A DNA stretch of 64,000 nucleotides, from positions 186,001 to 250,000 of the forward strand of contig NW_026515694.1 of NCBI RefSeq assembly GCF_025526975.1, read 5' to 3'. The position numbers and the translations under genes were made by a program. Of the stretch, positions 1 to 11,928 are shown piece after piece; position 1 is the stretch's first letter, and every line of letters begins with the position of its first letter. The notes beneath the pieces were generated by a model. It was not told where the DNA came from, ran no database searches, and saw nothing but the letters and a program-made list of their open reading frames with translations. The DNA is from Fimicolochytrium jonesii (taxonomy: Eukaryota).

Positions 1-603
1 GGGGATCCCTGCGATCGCTGAAGCTGAAGAATCGAATGAGGGGACTGAGGACGCACTGAAATCGAAAACGGTACGCTCTTGGTCTCTCTTTGCAGGAACG
101 CATTTTCTTCTGAGACGTGCTATCCTTCCAATCCAGAACAACATACTGTTCGCCGTTCTATCGTTGCTGAAGGAGCTAGATGCGCCAGCTCTGCAAGTCG
201 TCGGATACGAAGTTGGCGAAGCGCTTGCTCAGACGAAATAGCCAACAGACGTTTATGTATTGTGGACGACGCTGTTGTTTTTTGGCCACACCTCCGCATG
301 CAGGAGGTTGCACATGCGTATTCGAGTGGGACTGAGCTTTTCACATTTTGATGAGGTTTCTTAGATTATATGGACACAATGTCATTATAGTTGTCTCACT
401 CAATGCCCTCGATTAAGGTTCGCTTTACGGGGCGTGTGACTCCATAACCTTCTCCCATACCCTTTTCCTCAACCCCATTATACGCCCATAATTACGCCGT
501 TTCCGCCCCTCCTGTCATACAGTGGTTTCTCAGCGGCTAATAGGGCGCCACGCCTGCCAGCAACCTCCTTTGAACCAGCTTGCCGCTATGTCGTTATGTC
601 ATC

Positions 604-3428
604 TTAACAGATTATTGACCTTTCGCTGTCATCATGATCCTCAGTATCAGTTCCAGTTGGTGGTTCATCGAGAACTCCAGCGACCCGAATATTGCAGCTC
701 TGTGCTAAAAACATCATGAAGAAAGAGCGTAAAGAGCATCCGTCCTTCGGTGTTGTTGCTACCCATCGAGGCCTTGCATACCTATTTCGCATTCTAGATC
801 CTGGACTCCAATTGAGGATTGTCCACGATGTTTCGCTGCAGCGGCAGCACGTTTCGTAAGATCTCCCAAGAAACTGTCCGCCAATCGAAGCATGAACTAC
901 AAAGAAAAGAGAATGGGAAGACACGACTGCATTTTATCGATCGTGGGCGGCATTTGCTTTACCTGCTCGGTTTCTGGCGTTAGTCGACAATGGGGTGCCA
1001 ATTCGGCTAACAACTCATTCAAAAATGTCGGTCCAGCAGTGACAAGCGAGTCGACCTCCACTACTGATTCCTGAGTAGCCAGTGACCCATTGATACTCTT
1101 CTCAGCCAGTCTCTTCTTTGGAGCAGGGTCGTCGGGTACCACATGCGATGGTGGTTGATATGTCTCATGCAGCGAAGGCTTCGTCCCTCGCCTGGGAGGC
1201 GCCCTCTTGACAACAAATTCCGGAAGCGCGGCCATTCCGTGCGAGGGCTCGCCGGACGACATTTGCCAGAGGAAGAAGTTCGATGAGTGGTGGTGTATTG
1301 CTTTCTTGGGAGCTTTTTGCGCCGCTTTCTTATCAGCTTCCGTCGTTACGTACTCGACCATTGTTAGTATGCGCCCGGGTATAGGAGGCGGTGATGGAGG
1401 ACGAGCTGCCCCCGATGCCGATCCAGCGGTTGGCGGATCTTGCAGCGGGAGAGCTGTGCAATGCCAGCATAAGTAAGTCAACAATCGTCTGGGAATTAAT
1501 AAAGCTTAAAGTTACCTCCTCGTGGTCGACGCTTCCCTTTTCCAGTCCCTACGCCTTTCCCAGTCCCTTTTCCGATACTTTTGCCGATCAGAAGCTGCAG
1601 CGCAGATTTCTGTGTGCAAACTGCAATGGCGAGACAGAATGACGATGCAGCGAAATTTCTGTTACATGGTGTTTTACCGGCGTTTTCACCGGCGACCCGA
1701 TTCCTTACCTTCATTGATAGGTGTGAAACCTTCAGGTCTGACCGGTCCAGCCGAAGGTGAAGCCATTTCCTGCAGGTGGCCCAGTGGGGGGATAGATGAC
1801 GTTCGAACCACTGGCCCTCCGACTCGTGTCTGCGGAAGGACATTGGTAGGTTTGAAACGAAACTGGAAACCATCAGGTCCGACCGGTCCAGCCGGAGGGA
1901 GAGATATCTCCTGCAGGTAGCCCTCTTGGGGGAGCGGTGACATTTGAACCACTCGTGTCTGCGGATGGGGCCCGGATTGATGGATAAACTGTTGCTCGCC
2001 TAGGTCCTCCTGAGTCCGCAGGGACGTTCGCTCCATGGCACCTTGAGGATTTGCAGGCATCTCAAACTTGTCGGGCTGTGCACTCGCCGCGAATTGCGAT
2101 GGGCCAACATGATCCAGAGGCCCGTAGGCTCTATCCATTCCCAAACATCGTTAATAGCGAGCTCACTAAAACATTCGAGTCTTGCACGAACATACCCGTA
2201 TAGGTCAGGATGAGTATCCGGCATATGAAAGTGCAGCTGCAGCTTCCGCAGCCGCAGCTGTTAGTCCTGAGTTTGAGAATGGTATAAGGCACCCATGAAC
2301 AGTCCGAATTGGTTGTTGCGAGACAGGAAACTCGGTAGTGGACCGCATCGCTGATGCACTCGAATCCGCGACTAGCACTGGCTTACCGGGGTTGGCGCAA
2401 TATTGCATTTGACGTTCCCTTTGCCTCACCATGGTTTTGAATTGAAGTAATTGCATATACGCAACGAGGATGTTCCAAACGCTGGGGGGGACTTTCTCAC
2501 TTTTTTGCTGTGCCAGAGTCGCCACGAAATCGAATAGCGACTCTGAATGCCCATGCACCATCATCAAGTTTTCTTTGAGCTTCTGAATCTCGGCCATCAA
2601 CTCCTCAGCTTCCATCTTTTCATGTACTTTTAGTGCCCCACGCCTTGTGCGATACGCGGCCTGCAAGGTTTCGTAGAGCGCAGCTTCGGCAGTGCTAGGT
2701 TTTCTAGTAGCCAATGGAGCCGTCGGCGTTTGAAGCCTCTCGGTAGGTGCGCTGGTCGTCCTCTTTGAGCTGAAAGTCAAGCCTCTCGCATCCAGTAGCA
2801 GTGGTCCCGGTGTATCACACCTCTGTGGGTGGTATCCTCCTTCAGCGACAGCGGCATCTCTTGATGCAGATTGTTGATACTGATGATGTTGCTGTAGCGT
2901 AGAAACTCCATATGCTGGATTGGGATCCGGCACTCCAAGGTGCCGTGATGCACGTTGTGCAACGTGTCGATATTGATACGAAAGGTCGAACGGAGCCGTA
3001 ATGGGGCTGGGTCCGCGCGAATGGTCCAGCACTGACCGATAGTGCATCGTCGGTGGGATGGGTCGATGTGCACCTTGCGGGCACGGAGATGAGTAGCGGG
3101 TGAGGGATGGCGTTCCAGTTTCCGAATCTGCAAACAACGATTCTATGCTGGCAATCGGCGAGGGACGCGCGGACAAGAAGGTCGCATGATAGTGAGGAAC
3201 TTGGGGGGTACCTACAGCGGTTGCGACCACACCACTTGAGCGGCGTACGTCTCCCACCATGCGACTTCCAGAGGGTCCTGGGGATCGGCTCTCTACATAA
3301 TCCAGAGGCAGCGGTACCACGTATCTTTCTCTGTCAAAGGGACCCCCGAACGTGCAGCTTCCATGTTGTGCAAGATATGAGCCTCGTCGGTGGGTAACTC
3401 GGAGATTCGGTTTGTCCCCATTCCTCGT
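604..3428 (-). CDS. Multi-exon low-complexity protein with a C-terminal TAF12-like (H2B-type) histone fold; 5' end uncertain
   Basis: Phase-consistent GT-AG splicing of exons 2236-2196, 2130-1709, 1620-1516, 1453-963, 896-782 and 704-604 gives ...FLNELLAELAPHCRLTPETEQFMLRLADSFLGDLTKRAAAAAKHRGQSSIGVQDLECEIAQSCNIRVAG..., which matches the TAF12 pattern (LLxIADDF...LAKHRKS..L.V.D...WNIRIPG). Joining the upstream open frame (3428-2430) needs a plausible but unproven intron at 2429-2237. Confidence 0.7.
1727..1965. repeat. Imperfect duplication with a period of about 141 bp in the TAF12-like gene
   Basis: aaaccttcaggtctgaccggtccagccg...cctgcaggt...actcgtgtctgcgga recurs as aaaccatcaggtccgaccggtccagccg...cctgcaggt...actcgtgtctgcgga. 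Peptide unit: PQTRV...LQE...PAGPV.P.GF. Confidence 0.85.
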
Positions 3429-4677
3429 CTACGGTCGCTTTTTTACGAGGGTCGAACATTATACTTGTGACGGTGACCTTGCAGAACGGATCCTTGAGCG
3501 GGGATTTTCTTGAACTGATCTTCGTGGGAAAAACAATCGTCAGGACATCTCAGGACATCTCAGGACATGGCCTGTTGGGAGTCGGGGCTCGTGTCCGATT
3601 TCTGTTTCGGACGAGAACGCGCGACATAGTCACATTCAAAACGTTGATTTCCACCAAGGATGGAAAAAGAATGTCAACGATAAAGCCTGGACACCTTACA
3701 GCGAATATCGAGATGCTTCTCATGGATTGGAAGGAGTGTTCTTCGCAGATGATCAACGTAGTTGCGTTCAATATACTACTTGAACGACCAGATCCGGAAT
3801 CGGAGGACCAACTGGGTAGCGGATGGCTCGAAGTCGTTGTTGTTCCTTCATAGACCTACTTGAAGTGGCAAATCTGGCGACGGCAAAGCAGAACCGTAAT
3901 ATCGCGGTGATGCATTGTGAAGATGTGATCATTGTCGCTCAACATAGTGTCGTCAACGATCGAAGGCGGTGGCCCTGGGGCTGGCAGCCAAAGGTCAAGC
4001 GGTTTGCGTTGCTGCAATGATCACTCTGTCATTGACGCTTTCTTCAAGGCTCACCGGGGTTACGCTTGAATTTGATTTCCATTTCATGCGGCGACAACTC
4101 TTAATGACAGTGCGGCCGATTGAGAAAGGGTTCCAGAAGACCAGAATCATGACGGCCGCTGACTTCCGACCATAATCCTAGGATGCGCCTTCCCTCAGAC
4201 TCACCTACACTTCCGCCGGTCACGTCGATAACCCTGTGTACCTCCAACTCAACATGGTGGAGAACGTTTGAGCCCCTCTGAGCAAACCCTTCACTTCGCG
4301 CACCAGAAACCGAGAATCAGGTTGAAGACAATCTCAATATGGCTATCTGTACAAGTGAAGCTCTGTCTAAATAAAGGTGCAGAGGACTAAAAATGGTGCT
4401 ACGCAGTGTAGGCCAAGTAGTATGAGCCCTCGTGGAAAGGGCCATAAATAACTTGAAAGCTTTCCTATGCCTCATCGCAGAGAAACCCTCCGCGTTGAGT
4501 GGTTCGCGCCGCCCCCAAAAGCTTGCGATTATGTCCAGATGACATAGGTTTCCCTCGACATCTGGTATCTTTTGGCGCCGACACGAAAGTCTAACGGAGT
4601 GAACACCGGCAAAACATTGAACTCATAGCGGGGATTAATAAACAGATGGGCGGTGTGCGTGTCGGGTCGGAGTTCGA

Positions 4678-5357
4678 TTAGATCTCGTCGATGTCGAACT
4701 CGACGTTGACCTCTGCAAAAGCCAGTGTCAACTATGTTAGTCGCCGGCTCGATTGATCCAACTACCGAAATTATTGAGATCTTACCATCGTCAGAGTCCT
4801 CCATGATCTGCGTGTCGTTGATCTTGATATTGTCTGACAGTTCACCATATGATTTCAACATCCTTGCTTCGTCGGGGGTGTACTTGAGGATAACATCGGC
4901 TTTCGAGTCTTGGAAGTCACGGAGACCAAGAAGGATAAGGTCGCCTTGTGTGATCCTAAGAGGAAAATGACATGGTTAGAGAAACAAACCCAGTGGAAAA
5001 CCCAGTGACGTCGCCCACCAGGCATGTGCGCATGTACGTGATGACCTCAGTCATGCCCTACTCACCAAACCTTCTTCCTGAACGCTCCTCGAATATGTGC
5101 CATACGTTTGTCCCCATCCGCACATTGTGCTTCCACCCATCCGTTTCCAAGCATCTTAACTACTGTTGCATATTCCTGTCCTTCCTCAGCGAAAACCAAT
5201 TCGCGCTTTTCGGACTCGTTCTCGTTCTTTCCCCTGACAACGTGGAGAAGAAGGCCCAGCACTTTAGGTAAAACTGTAGTTGCAGTCGAGTTGGCGTTTA
5301 GAACGTCGCTACGCACCTCTTCTTGTTCTTTCCTCCCTTTCCCTTGTTCTTGGGCAT
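4678..5357 (-). CDS. TIF11: Translation initiation factor eIF1A
   Basis: Exons 5357-5317, 5233-5066, 4955-4786, 4712-4678: [42 protein letters not shown]...[30 protein letters not shown]...FDIDEI*. Confidence 0.97.
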
Positions 5358-5892
5358 GTTGACAAATGTACTGTGGTACTTAGTATCGACTAGTGCTTCT
5401 GGGAATTGCTACTAAAGTCGATGTTCGGCGACTTTGAGGTAAAAGATTCACTAGCTGTGTTGCCGTGAACTGTGCTGTTTATACTGTGGTAGCGGATCGA
5501 CCTGCGGGAACCACGACGTAAATCTGGTTGTTGCTGGTGCGGGCAAGTCAAGAAGTTTGGTCGCTGTGTTCCGCTCATCCACACACTTCATTTCTCGTGG
5601 GTGCATGTGACTTGGCAATTAAAATGTCGCAGGGTCGAAGTTGCTGTCGAGTGAAATTAACTTCGCCCACATACGGTACCATCGACACTACTGCAGAGGA
5701 GCGACAAGATCTCGCTTCAGAGTCTACAAGCAAGCGCTTTGGTAGCTTCGTCATAGTCAGGAAGGTCTTAGGAGAAACGGCGTAAATTGAAAGGGCACAA
5801 AACCAGAAATTGTGCGAATAACGAGCTCAAGATTACCGCGCCACCCATCCAGCCACCCATCCGCTTGATTCCTAGCCCGATACTCTTCCAAT

Positions 5893-6264
5893 ATGTCAAC
5901 CACGAACGACGTCGACGTCCTCCCCGCCGAGCGCGACAAACGGAAGCTCCGCGCCTGTCTCCTATGCGGTCTCGTCAAAACAGCCGCGCAATTCAAATCC
6001 AACGGGTGCGACAACTGCGAAGAGCTATTACATCTGCGGGAGTCCAACAAACGAGTTTTAGCTTGCACGTCTTCATCGTTCGATGGGGTGGTGGCGCAAT
6101 TGAAGCCGGAATTATCGTGGGTGTCGAAGTGGCAACGGACGGACAAGTTCACGAAGGGGATGTATGCGATACGGATAGCGGGGCAGCTACCGGAGGATAT
6201 GCAGTCGATGTTGTTCCAGAGGGGGATAAAGTACAGGCCAAGGGATGGTAGTGTGAAGGATTAG
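5893..6264 (+). CDS. SPT4: Transcription elongation factor Spt4 (DSIF small subunit)
   Basis: Intronless, 123 aa. LRACLLCGLVKT..QF..NGCDNC zinc ribbon, CTSSSFDG, SWVSKWQR, C-terminal YRPRDGS. Confidence 0.97.
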   Translation: MSTTNDVDVLPAERDKRKLRACLLCGLVKTAAQFKSNGCDNCEELLHLRESNKRVLACTSSSFDGVVAQLKPELSWVSKWQRTDKFTKGMYAIRIAGQLPEDMQSMLFQRGIKYRPRDGSVKD

Positions 6265-6646
6265 CTCCGCGGTGAGGGGTTCGCAGGTCTTCGGCGGGCC
6301 GTCAACATCGTGTAGCTCGAGGAGAAGCACCCTTGCGAACGGATCACGATGATTGGGCGAGGAGAGGAGGGAAGCCGTCCATGGGGAATGGTCGGACTCA
6401 CATGTGTGATTGTATATACCCGGCGACGCATAGGAAGGCGTACTCTGCACGTCATACGCGCGAAGCCCCGACGTGTTCAATTGTGTGTATATATACATAG
6501 CGTAGGGCAGAGAGAAGACGGATATGTTGCCCCACAAATGCTACAATCTGTGGCTATGTAATGCGAATATCTACTGTTCCAGCTTAAGAAACTCAACTCC
6601 GACAGTTTATAGTATCAGATCGGGGGAATTAAGATGTCGCCGTCTC

Positions 6647-9600
6647 TCAAAGTCCAAAGCGTCGCCGGACCATCGGTGTGCCCGGATCACGCCGTGAAAG
6701 ACCGGGTGTTCTTGGTGTTTTCATCCCTGGTGTGGCTATACGAGAGCGCGGTGTTGGGGCCACCGTCGCGAGACGCTTCTCTTCGTCCTTCTTCTCGGAC
6801 GCTATCCGCAGCTCCTCCTCCATCGTCATTAGGTCTTCTTTGTCCTGACGACGTTTTTCCTGTAATAGGTAGTGATTTAGCAGCCGAACATAGGTGTACA
6901 AAAGGGCGGCTGCATGCAACACCACTTACGGTATGATTGAAACCCTTCTCTTTCAAAGAGAAGAACATAGGTCCGAGCTCCGCCAACCATTGGGCGTCCA
7001 CGGCAGTGACGCACTGCATAAACTCTTTCGATGTCATAACCAACTCGTGGTATACGATGTAGTCAGGAGTGAATCCTCGACCGTACAGGGCACTTGTAGG
7101 GTGTAGGTGACATGGCATGCCTGTTCGCATGTTGACGTACTCTCCAATACCCTTAGACCGTGCCGATTGGTGGAAGTACGCGGAACAGATACATTTCCTA
7201 TGGTGTTCCGGCCGGTTCGTCATGAAACAGTTAGTGGGTGAGGCAGTTGGTTTCCGAGCGAGAGCTTTCGAGCTTTCCCAAAACGTACCTGATCACATCC
7301 CAATCGTTCCCACACGACACAATATTGATCTTATAGGATTTCATGATATCCTGCAATTGCGTTCGCACCTCCCGCGCCTTCCGCAAAGCTTTGGGATGCA
7401 CGAAGTGTTCCGTGCACCAACTATCCCGATATCTTGAGGTGCTTGCCATGTTAGCGTTGGCGCAATAGAAACGATAAAAACGTAAGGCTACCAACCCACC
7501 CATTGACCTTCCACTGGGTATACACATGCAACAACGTGAGATGGTCACTTTCTCCCACAAAGAACTTTTCGCGAGCGGCGTCACTTTCCTCCGCGCGTTC
7601 CTTGGGTCGATAAAAGATGGTCGGTACAGACAACATGGAAACGATGGTAAGGACCTCCTCGGAGCATCCGAGGGTTTCAGCCGTGATGAGCATCTTGGAC
7701 AGAGATGGATCGAGCGGGAATTCGACCATCGTCCGCCCCAGTTTCGTTAGATCGCCGGTATTATCAAGCGCGCCGAGGATCCAAAGCTGGTACATCGAAT
7801 TCAGGATGTTGTCTTGCGGTGGTGGGTCCATGAAGTCAAACTCGAGAGTGTTTTGTACACCCAGAGACTTTAGGAGCAACACGACGTTTGCGAGATTGGT
7901 CCGCTGGATCTCCGGAATATTGTTGGGGAACATCTCGTTCCGGAAGGCGGACTCGGTGTAAAGTCTGTAACACATTCCCGCCCCGGTACGTCCAGCTCTT
8001 CCTGAGCGCTGGTTGGCGTTCGCTTGACTGATCGGTGTGACCTGGAGAGCGTCCATTCCGATTTTCGGATTGTACACCTTGAGTTTGCTGAATCCGGTGT
8101 CCACCACGTACATGATACCATCGACGGTAAGCGATGTCTCAGCAATATTGGTTGCGACGATAACTTTGCGATTGCCTTTAGACGATTTCTGGAAAATCTT
8201 CGCTTGCAAATCGGCGGGCATCTGGGAGTAAATGGGCAGAATATCGAGCGGTGCTGCGTCATCCAGCTGCTCTAAACGTTCAGCCACCACCGCGCAGGTG
8301 ACTTCAATGTCTTCCTGCCCAGTCATGAACACCAGGATATCGCCAGCGGGATGCGACAAGTGGATGGACAGCACTTGCTTGACAGCGGCATCGACATAAT
8401 CCTCGCAAGGGTTTTTGGCAAACATGATATCAACTGGGAATGTCCGTCCGGGAATGTTGAAAATAGGCACGTTCCCGAAAAAGTCCGAGAACTTTTCGGC
8501 GTTCATCGTTGCGGATGTGACAATCAGCTTCATGTCTCTCCGCCGCGTCAGGATCCGCTTGATGAGACCCATCAGCACATCCGTGTACAACGCACGCTCG
8601 TGAGCTTCGTCCATGACGATAGCACTGTACTGATCCAGGTCCGGTGTGTTCAAACATTCTCGGAGGAGGACACCATCTGTCATGTACTTTATAACAGTCT
8701 CCTTAGTTGTGCAGTCTTCGAAACGAATCGCGTAACCGACTTTGTCACCGAGCTTGCATTCCATTTCTTCGCTGACACGTTTGGCGACGGACATGGCTGC
8801 GACACGCCGTGGCTGCGTGCATCCTATCCGCCCATGTTTCGTGTATCCGGCTTCATGTAAATATTGCGTGAGCTGCGTTGTTTTGCCGGATCCCGTTTCT
8901 CCGACAATGACAACGATCTGGTTCTCTCGCACGACTCTCAGCAGCTCTTCCTTGACCGAGAATACCGGCAGATATTCTCGTTGCTCTCTTAACGATTTTG
9001 ATAGGGCAAACGCACTGACGGCTGTTGATGAATCTTGCATATGTGATGCAAACTTCGATTCTCCCTTGTGATCGTCGTCCCCAGCTTCATCGCCCTCCTC
9101 AACCTGCTTCTTCACGCCCATGATGTTACCGAGGGCGGTTCCCGCTAAATCAAGAGCTTTCGCGGCTTTGGCACGTTCTTGCTGCTCCCGCTTCTCTCTG
9201 ACCAACTGACTCCCTTTCCGAGACACGACCGCCAAGTCTGCGGTTGGGTCGCGGACGGATTGAACAGGCTCCAGCTGTTTCGTGAACACAATCTTCCCAT
9301 CCAAAAATGGCGGTTTGAGGTCACGAACGAGAACATGGATCCGGCTCTCGTTCTCATCGTCAAAATCTGTATCCACGCCTCGCCTCTGCACGACTCCACT
9401 GGTGAGCATTCGATTCGTTTCCCACAGGTCGTTGTCCTGATTGTACTGCGCTTGTCTCGCGGACATTCGCTTGACTTGCTGTTTCGCGAGCTCCTCCTCC
9501 TTCTTTTTGTAGTACGCATCAAACTCTGAGTATGCATTGTGCGACTCGTCCATGGCTCCCGATTCCTCCAGGTTGTACCACTCTCGATCCAGGCGGGTCT

Positions 9601-10369
9601 GTTCTTCCTCCCACTCCCCGAATTCGGCATTGGTCGGCTTTCGCAAGTGATCGTCGTAGGATGTGGATTCCACTCTCGGCGTAGCGTTACTCCACTCGGA
9701 TCTGCGAATGCTTTGTCCGCCGCCTGAGTACCTATCGCTTTGTCCGCCGCCTGAGTATCTATCCATCTCCCCACGTCGGGGCGTCATGGGTTCGCTCCGC
9801 CGCGGAGTCATTTCCCATTCGCTCCCTCCCCTCTGCGATCGGTCGGACCCCCTTTGCGATCGATCGAACCCATTCCGTGAACTTTCCCTGTCGTCCCGCT
9901 CTTCCCGCCCGCTTGATGAAGGCTTCGACGACAGATGTAATCCACCTGATCTGTACCGTTCTTTCTCCCGTCTATGTTGCCCTAGTCTCTCCCTCGCCTC
10001 TTCTGAAACTCCGGGGCCCGCGGAGGGCGTTTCTGCTCCTCTCGTCCTATACTGAGGCGCGCCAAACTGCCTGACTGTCGTCGAAGAGTACGAAGGTCTA
10101 GGGCTCGACTTCGCCTTCTCATCGTCCCAGGATTCCGTCGAGTCCAGCTTGATCCGCTTCGCTGCGGACTCTTTGTGCTCCTTTTCCCGTCGTTTCTCTG
10201 CTGCTAGCCGGTCTAGTCCGAGAACAGACGCTTTCGGGGCCGGGACTTTGAATTCGTGCTGTTTGGCAGGTCTGGCGAGCAGTCCACCGACTTTTGGCGT
10301 CGAGCTTTCCAGTCGGTCGGGTTGCTGATCTGCTATGAACCCTTCGGGTACATTGTTTCCACCTGCCAT
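6647..10369 (-). CDS. PRP16: Pre-mRNA splicing DEAH-box helicase Prp16/DHX38
   Basis: [34 protein letters not shown] and QRSGRAGR motifs. Prp16-type LDREWY and [16 protein letters not shown] segments. Three short 3' introns; ends RRRFGL*. Confidence 0.96.
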
Positions 10370-10821
10370 TGTTTGTGCGATGGGTGGAGTAGGTGCTCAA
10401 AGCCCAAGTCTCGAGAATACTGTATACTGCTCGAAAAGGTCCCGGGATACAATTTGAGAGAGTGGTAACGTTCCGTTTCTACCCCACTACGCCTGTCGAG
10501 TTCACCCAACACCTTTCAAGTGATATCAGTGATATAATGGGGCAACAGAGAGTTGCCTAGAGCAGCACAAGTCTCAGGGCTCCCTTGGGGACTTGCATAT
10601 GCAAGTGATATGCAAGTGAGGTCAGCTTTCTCGACGTTCCGACGCGCCTGCCCTGGCGCCTGCCCCTTCTTCAAAGTTGTTGCGAATTCCAGTCGGGACA
10701 TTTATCGACCTTCCCCTGGAACTACTTGACCGTATTCGCACAGTACGCCTATACCAGTCTCTCTGGAAACTAGGTCCCAAAAGCTTGGATCGAAAACCGG
10801 CCGCTCGTTCATCCCGACACC

Positions 10822-11667
10822 ATGTCAACACCACTGCAATCCCGACCTTCGGTCGTCAACTCAACGACGACGACAAGCACGGCGACAGCAGCGACATCGG
10901 CGAACCCCGTACACCTGCAACTCCTCAAGGCGTCCGACTTTCTGGTGAAGCGCGGCTACCCGCCCCTCACGGATGTTTTGGTGCAGCCGGGTTTGTCGCC
11001 GTATCCCGCCGCGGCGCTTTCTGCTCTGTGTGAGTGTTTTGGGCTTTGGGGTGAGGAAGGGCCGACGGAACTTTATCGTGCGGGGGACTTGGAAGTCAAT
11101 GGGAATGGAGGGTGATTGATTGGAATGGGGATCAGATTGTATGATGTGGGAATGGACTGGGATCGCCACGAAGGTTGCATGGAAGAATGCTGGATCAGCA
11201 AAAAGGACGACCTAACGGATACTAACAATTATCAACTCCATAGGCGTCGGATCAGCCTTCAAAGCGTTAGGAAAAGGCCGCGGGTGGCCAGGATACACCA
11301 TCCTGCTAGGATTCGGGGCCATCTTTGGCGGGTCCAGGTATGTCAAGTGAACCGGTCTGATCTACCGCGCACTTGAGCGACGACTGACGAGTGACGGTGT
11401 ATGTAGCTATATCCTTCTTCATGATGTCGACAATGGGTCTTCAACGGCGACAGGTAGCGTACCGCTTCATAGAAAGGGTTATATGTCATCAGGACGATTC
11501 AACTTATATCTCCATGTGCAAATCCAGCCTGGGGTGTCGTCTACACATCCCTCTTTCTGCGGTCGAGTCTAGCTTCCAGGCGTGTAGGGCCCATCGGCTT
11601 GCTGGCGTGTGTGATGGGAACTACGGGAATGTATGGCGCGGAGGCATGGGATTCCCATTTTGGGTGA
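10822..11667 (+). CDS. AIM19: AIM19-like small membrane protein (4 exons)
   Basis: Spliced product ...SPYPAAALSALCVGSAFKALGKGRGWPGYTILLGFGAIFGGSSYILLHDVDNGSSTATAWGVVYTSLFLRSSL...GMYGAEAWDSHFG*. SPYP and D..NG...A.AW...Y resemble fungal Aim19. Confidence 0.65.
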
Positions 11668-11928
11668 TGCAAGGGGCGTGAAAGCGGTTCGATTTTCACT
11701 ATTGTATATATATCAACCCATTCCATAGATTGTAGACTAATCACGACCAGCTGCACACGCTAAACGGTGTCCTCACAATATTCATTCGCCCAGAACGGAA
11801 GATTAGGTATAGACAGATACAAAAAAAGAGATTTACCGCAGCAGGGAAAGTAGTGGAGCATAATGCACGAGTCAAAGGGGTAGAAGGTGGTTGTCAGAAA
11901 TGCCGACAGCTCTTCGTCTATCGTCCTA

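Noticed and set aside
120..344. 74-aa minus-strand ORF, perhaps the first exon of a gene leaving the window
   Set aside because: A GTATGT donor is present, but there is no recognisable domain and no way to verify it at the window edge.
3541..3568. Short tandem repeats (CAGGACATCT about 3 copies here; others near 9708-9763, 10604-10619, 35262-35292 and 53669-53690) as CRISPR-like or functional arrays
   Set aside because: Only 2-3 copies with no spacers; ordinary slippage repeats.
604..4200. Degenerate retroelement or frameshifted pseudogene
   Set aside because: The apparent frameshifts resolve as canonical in-phase introns of one gene. Only the 2429-2237 link and the 3430-4200 stretch remain unexplained.
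7526..10074. Many antisense and overlapping ORFs in the track (over PRP16, and likewise HIS4, CHO2 and STT4)
   Set aside because: Shadow ORFs caused by codon bias of real genes; many use GTG/TTG starts.
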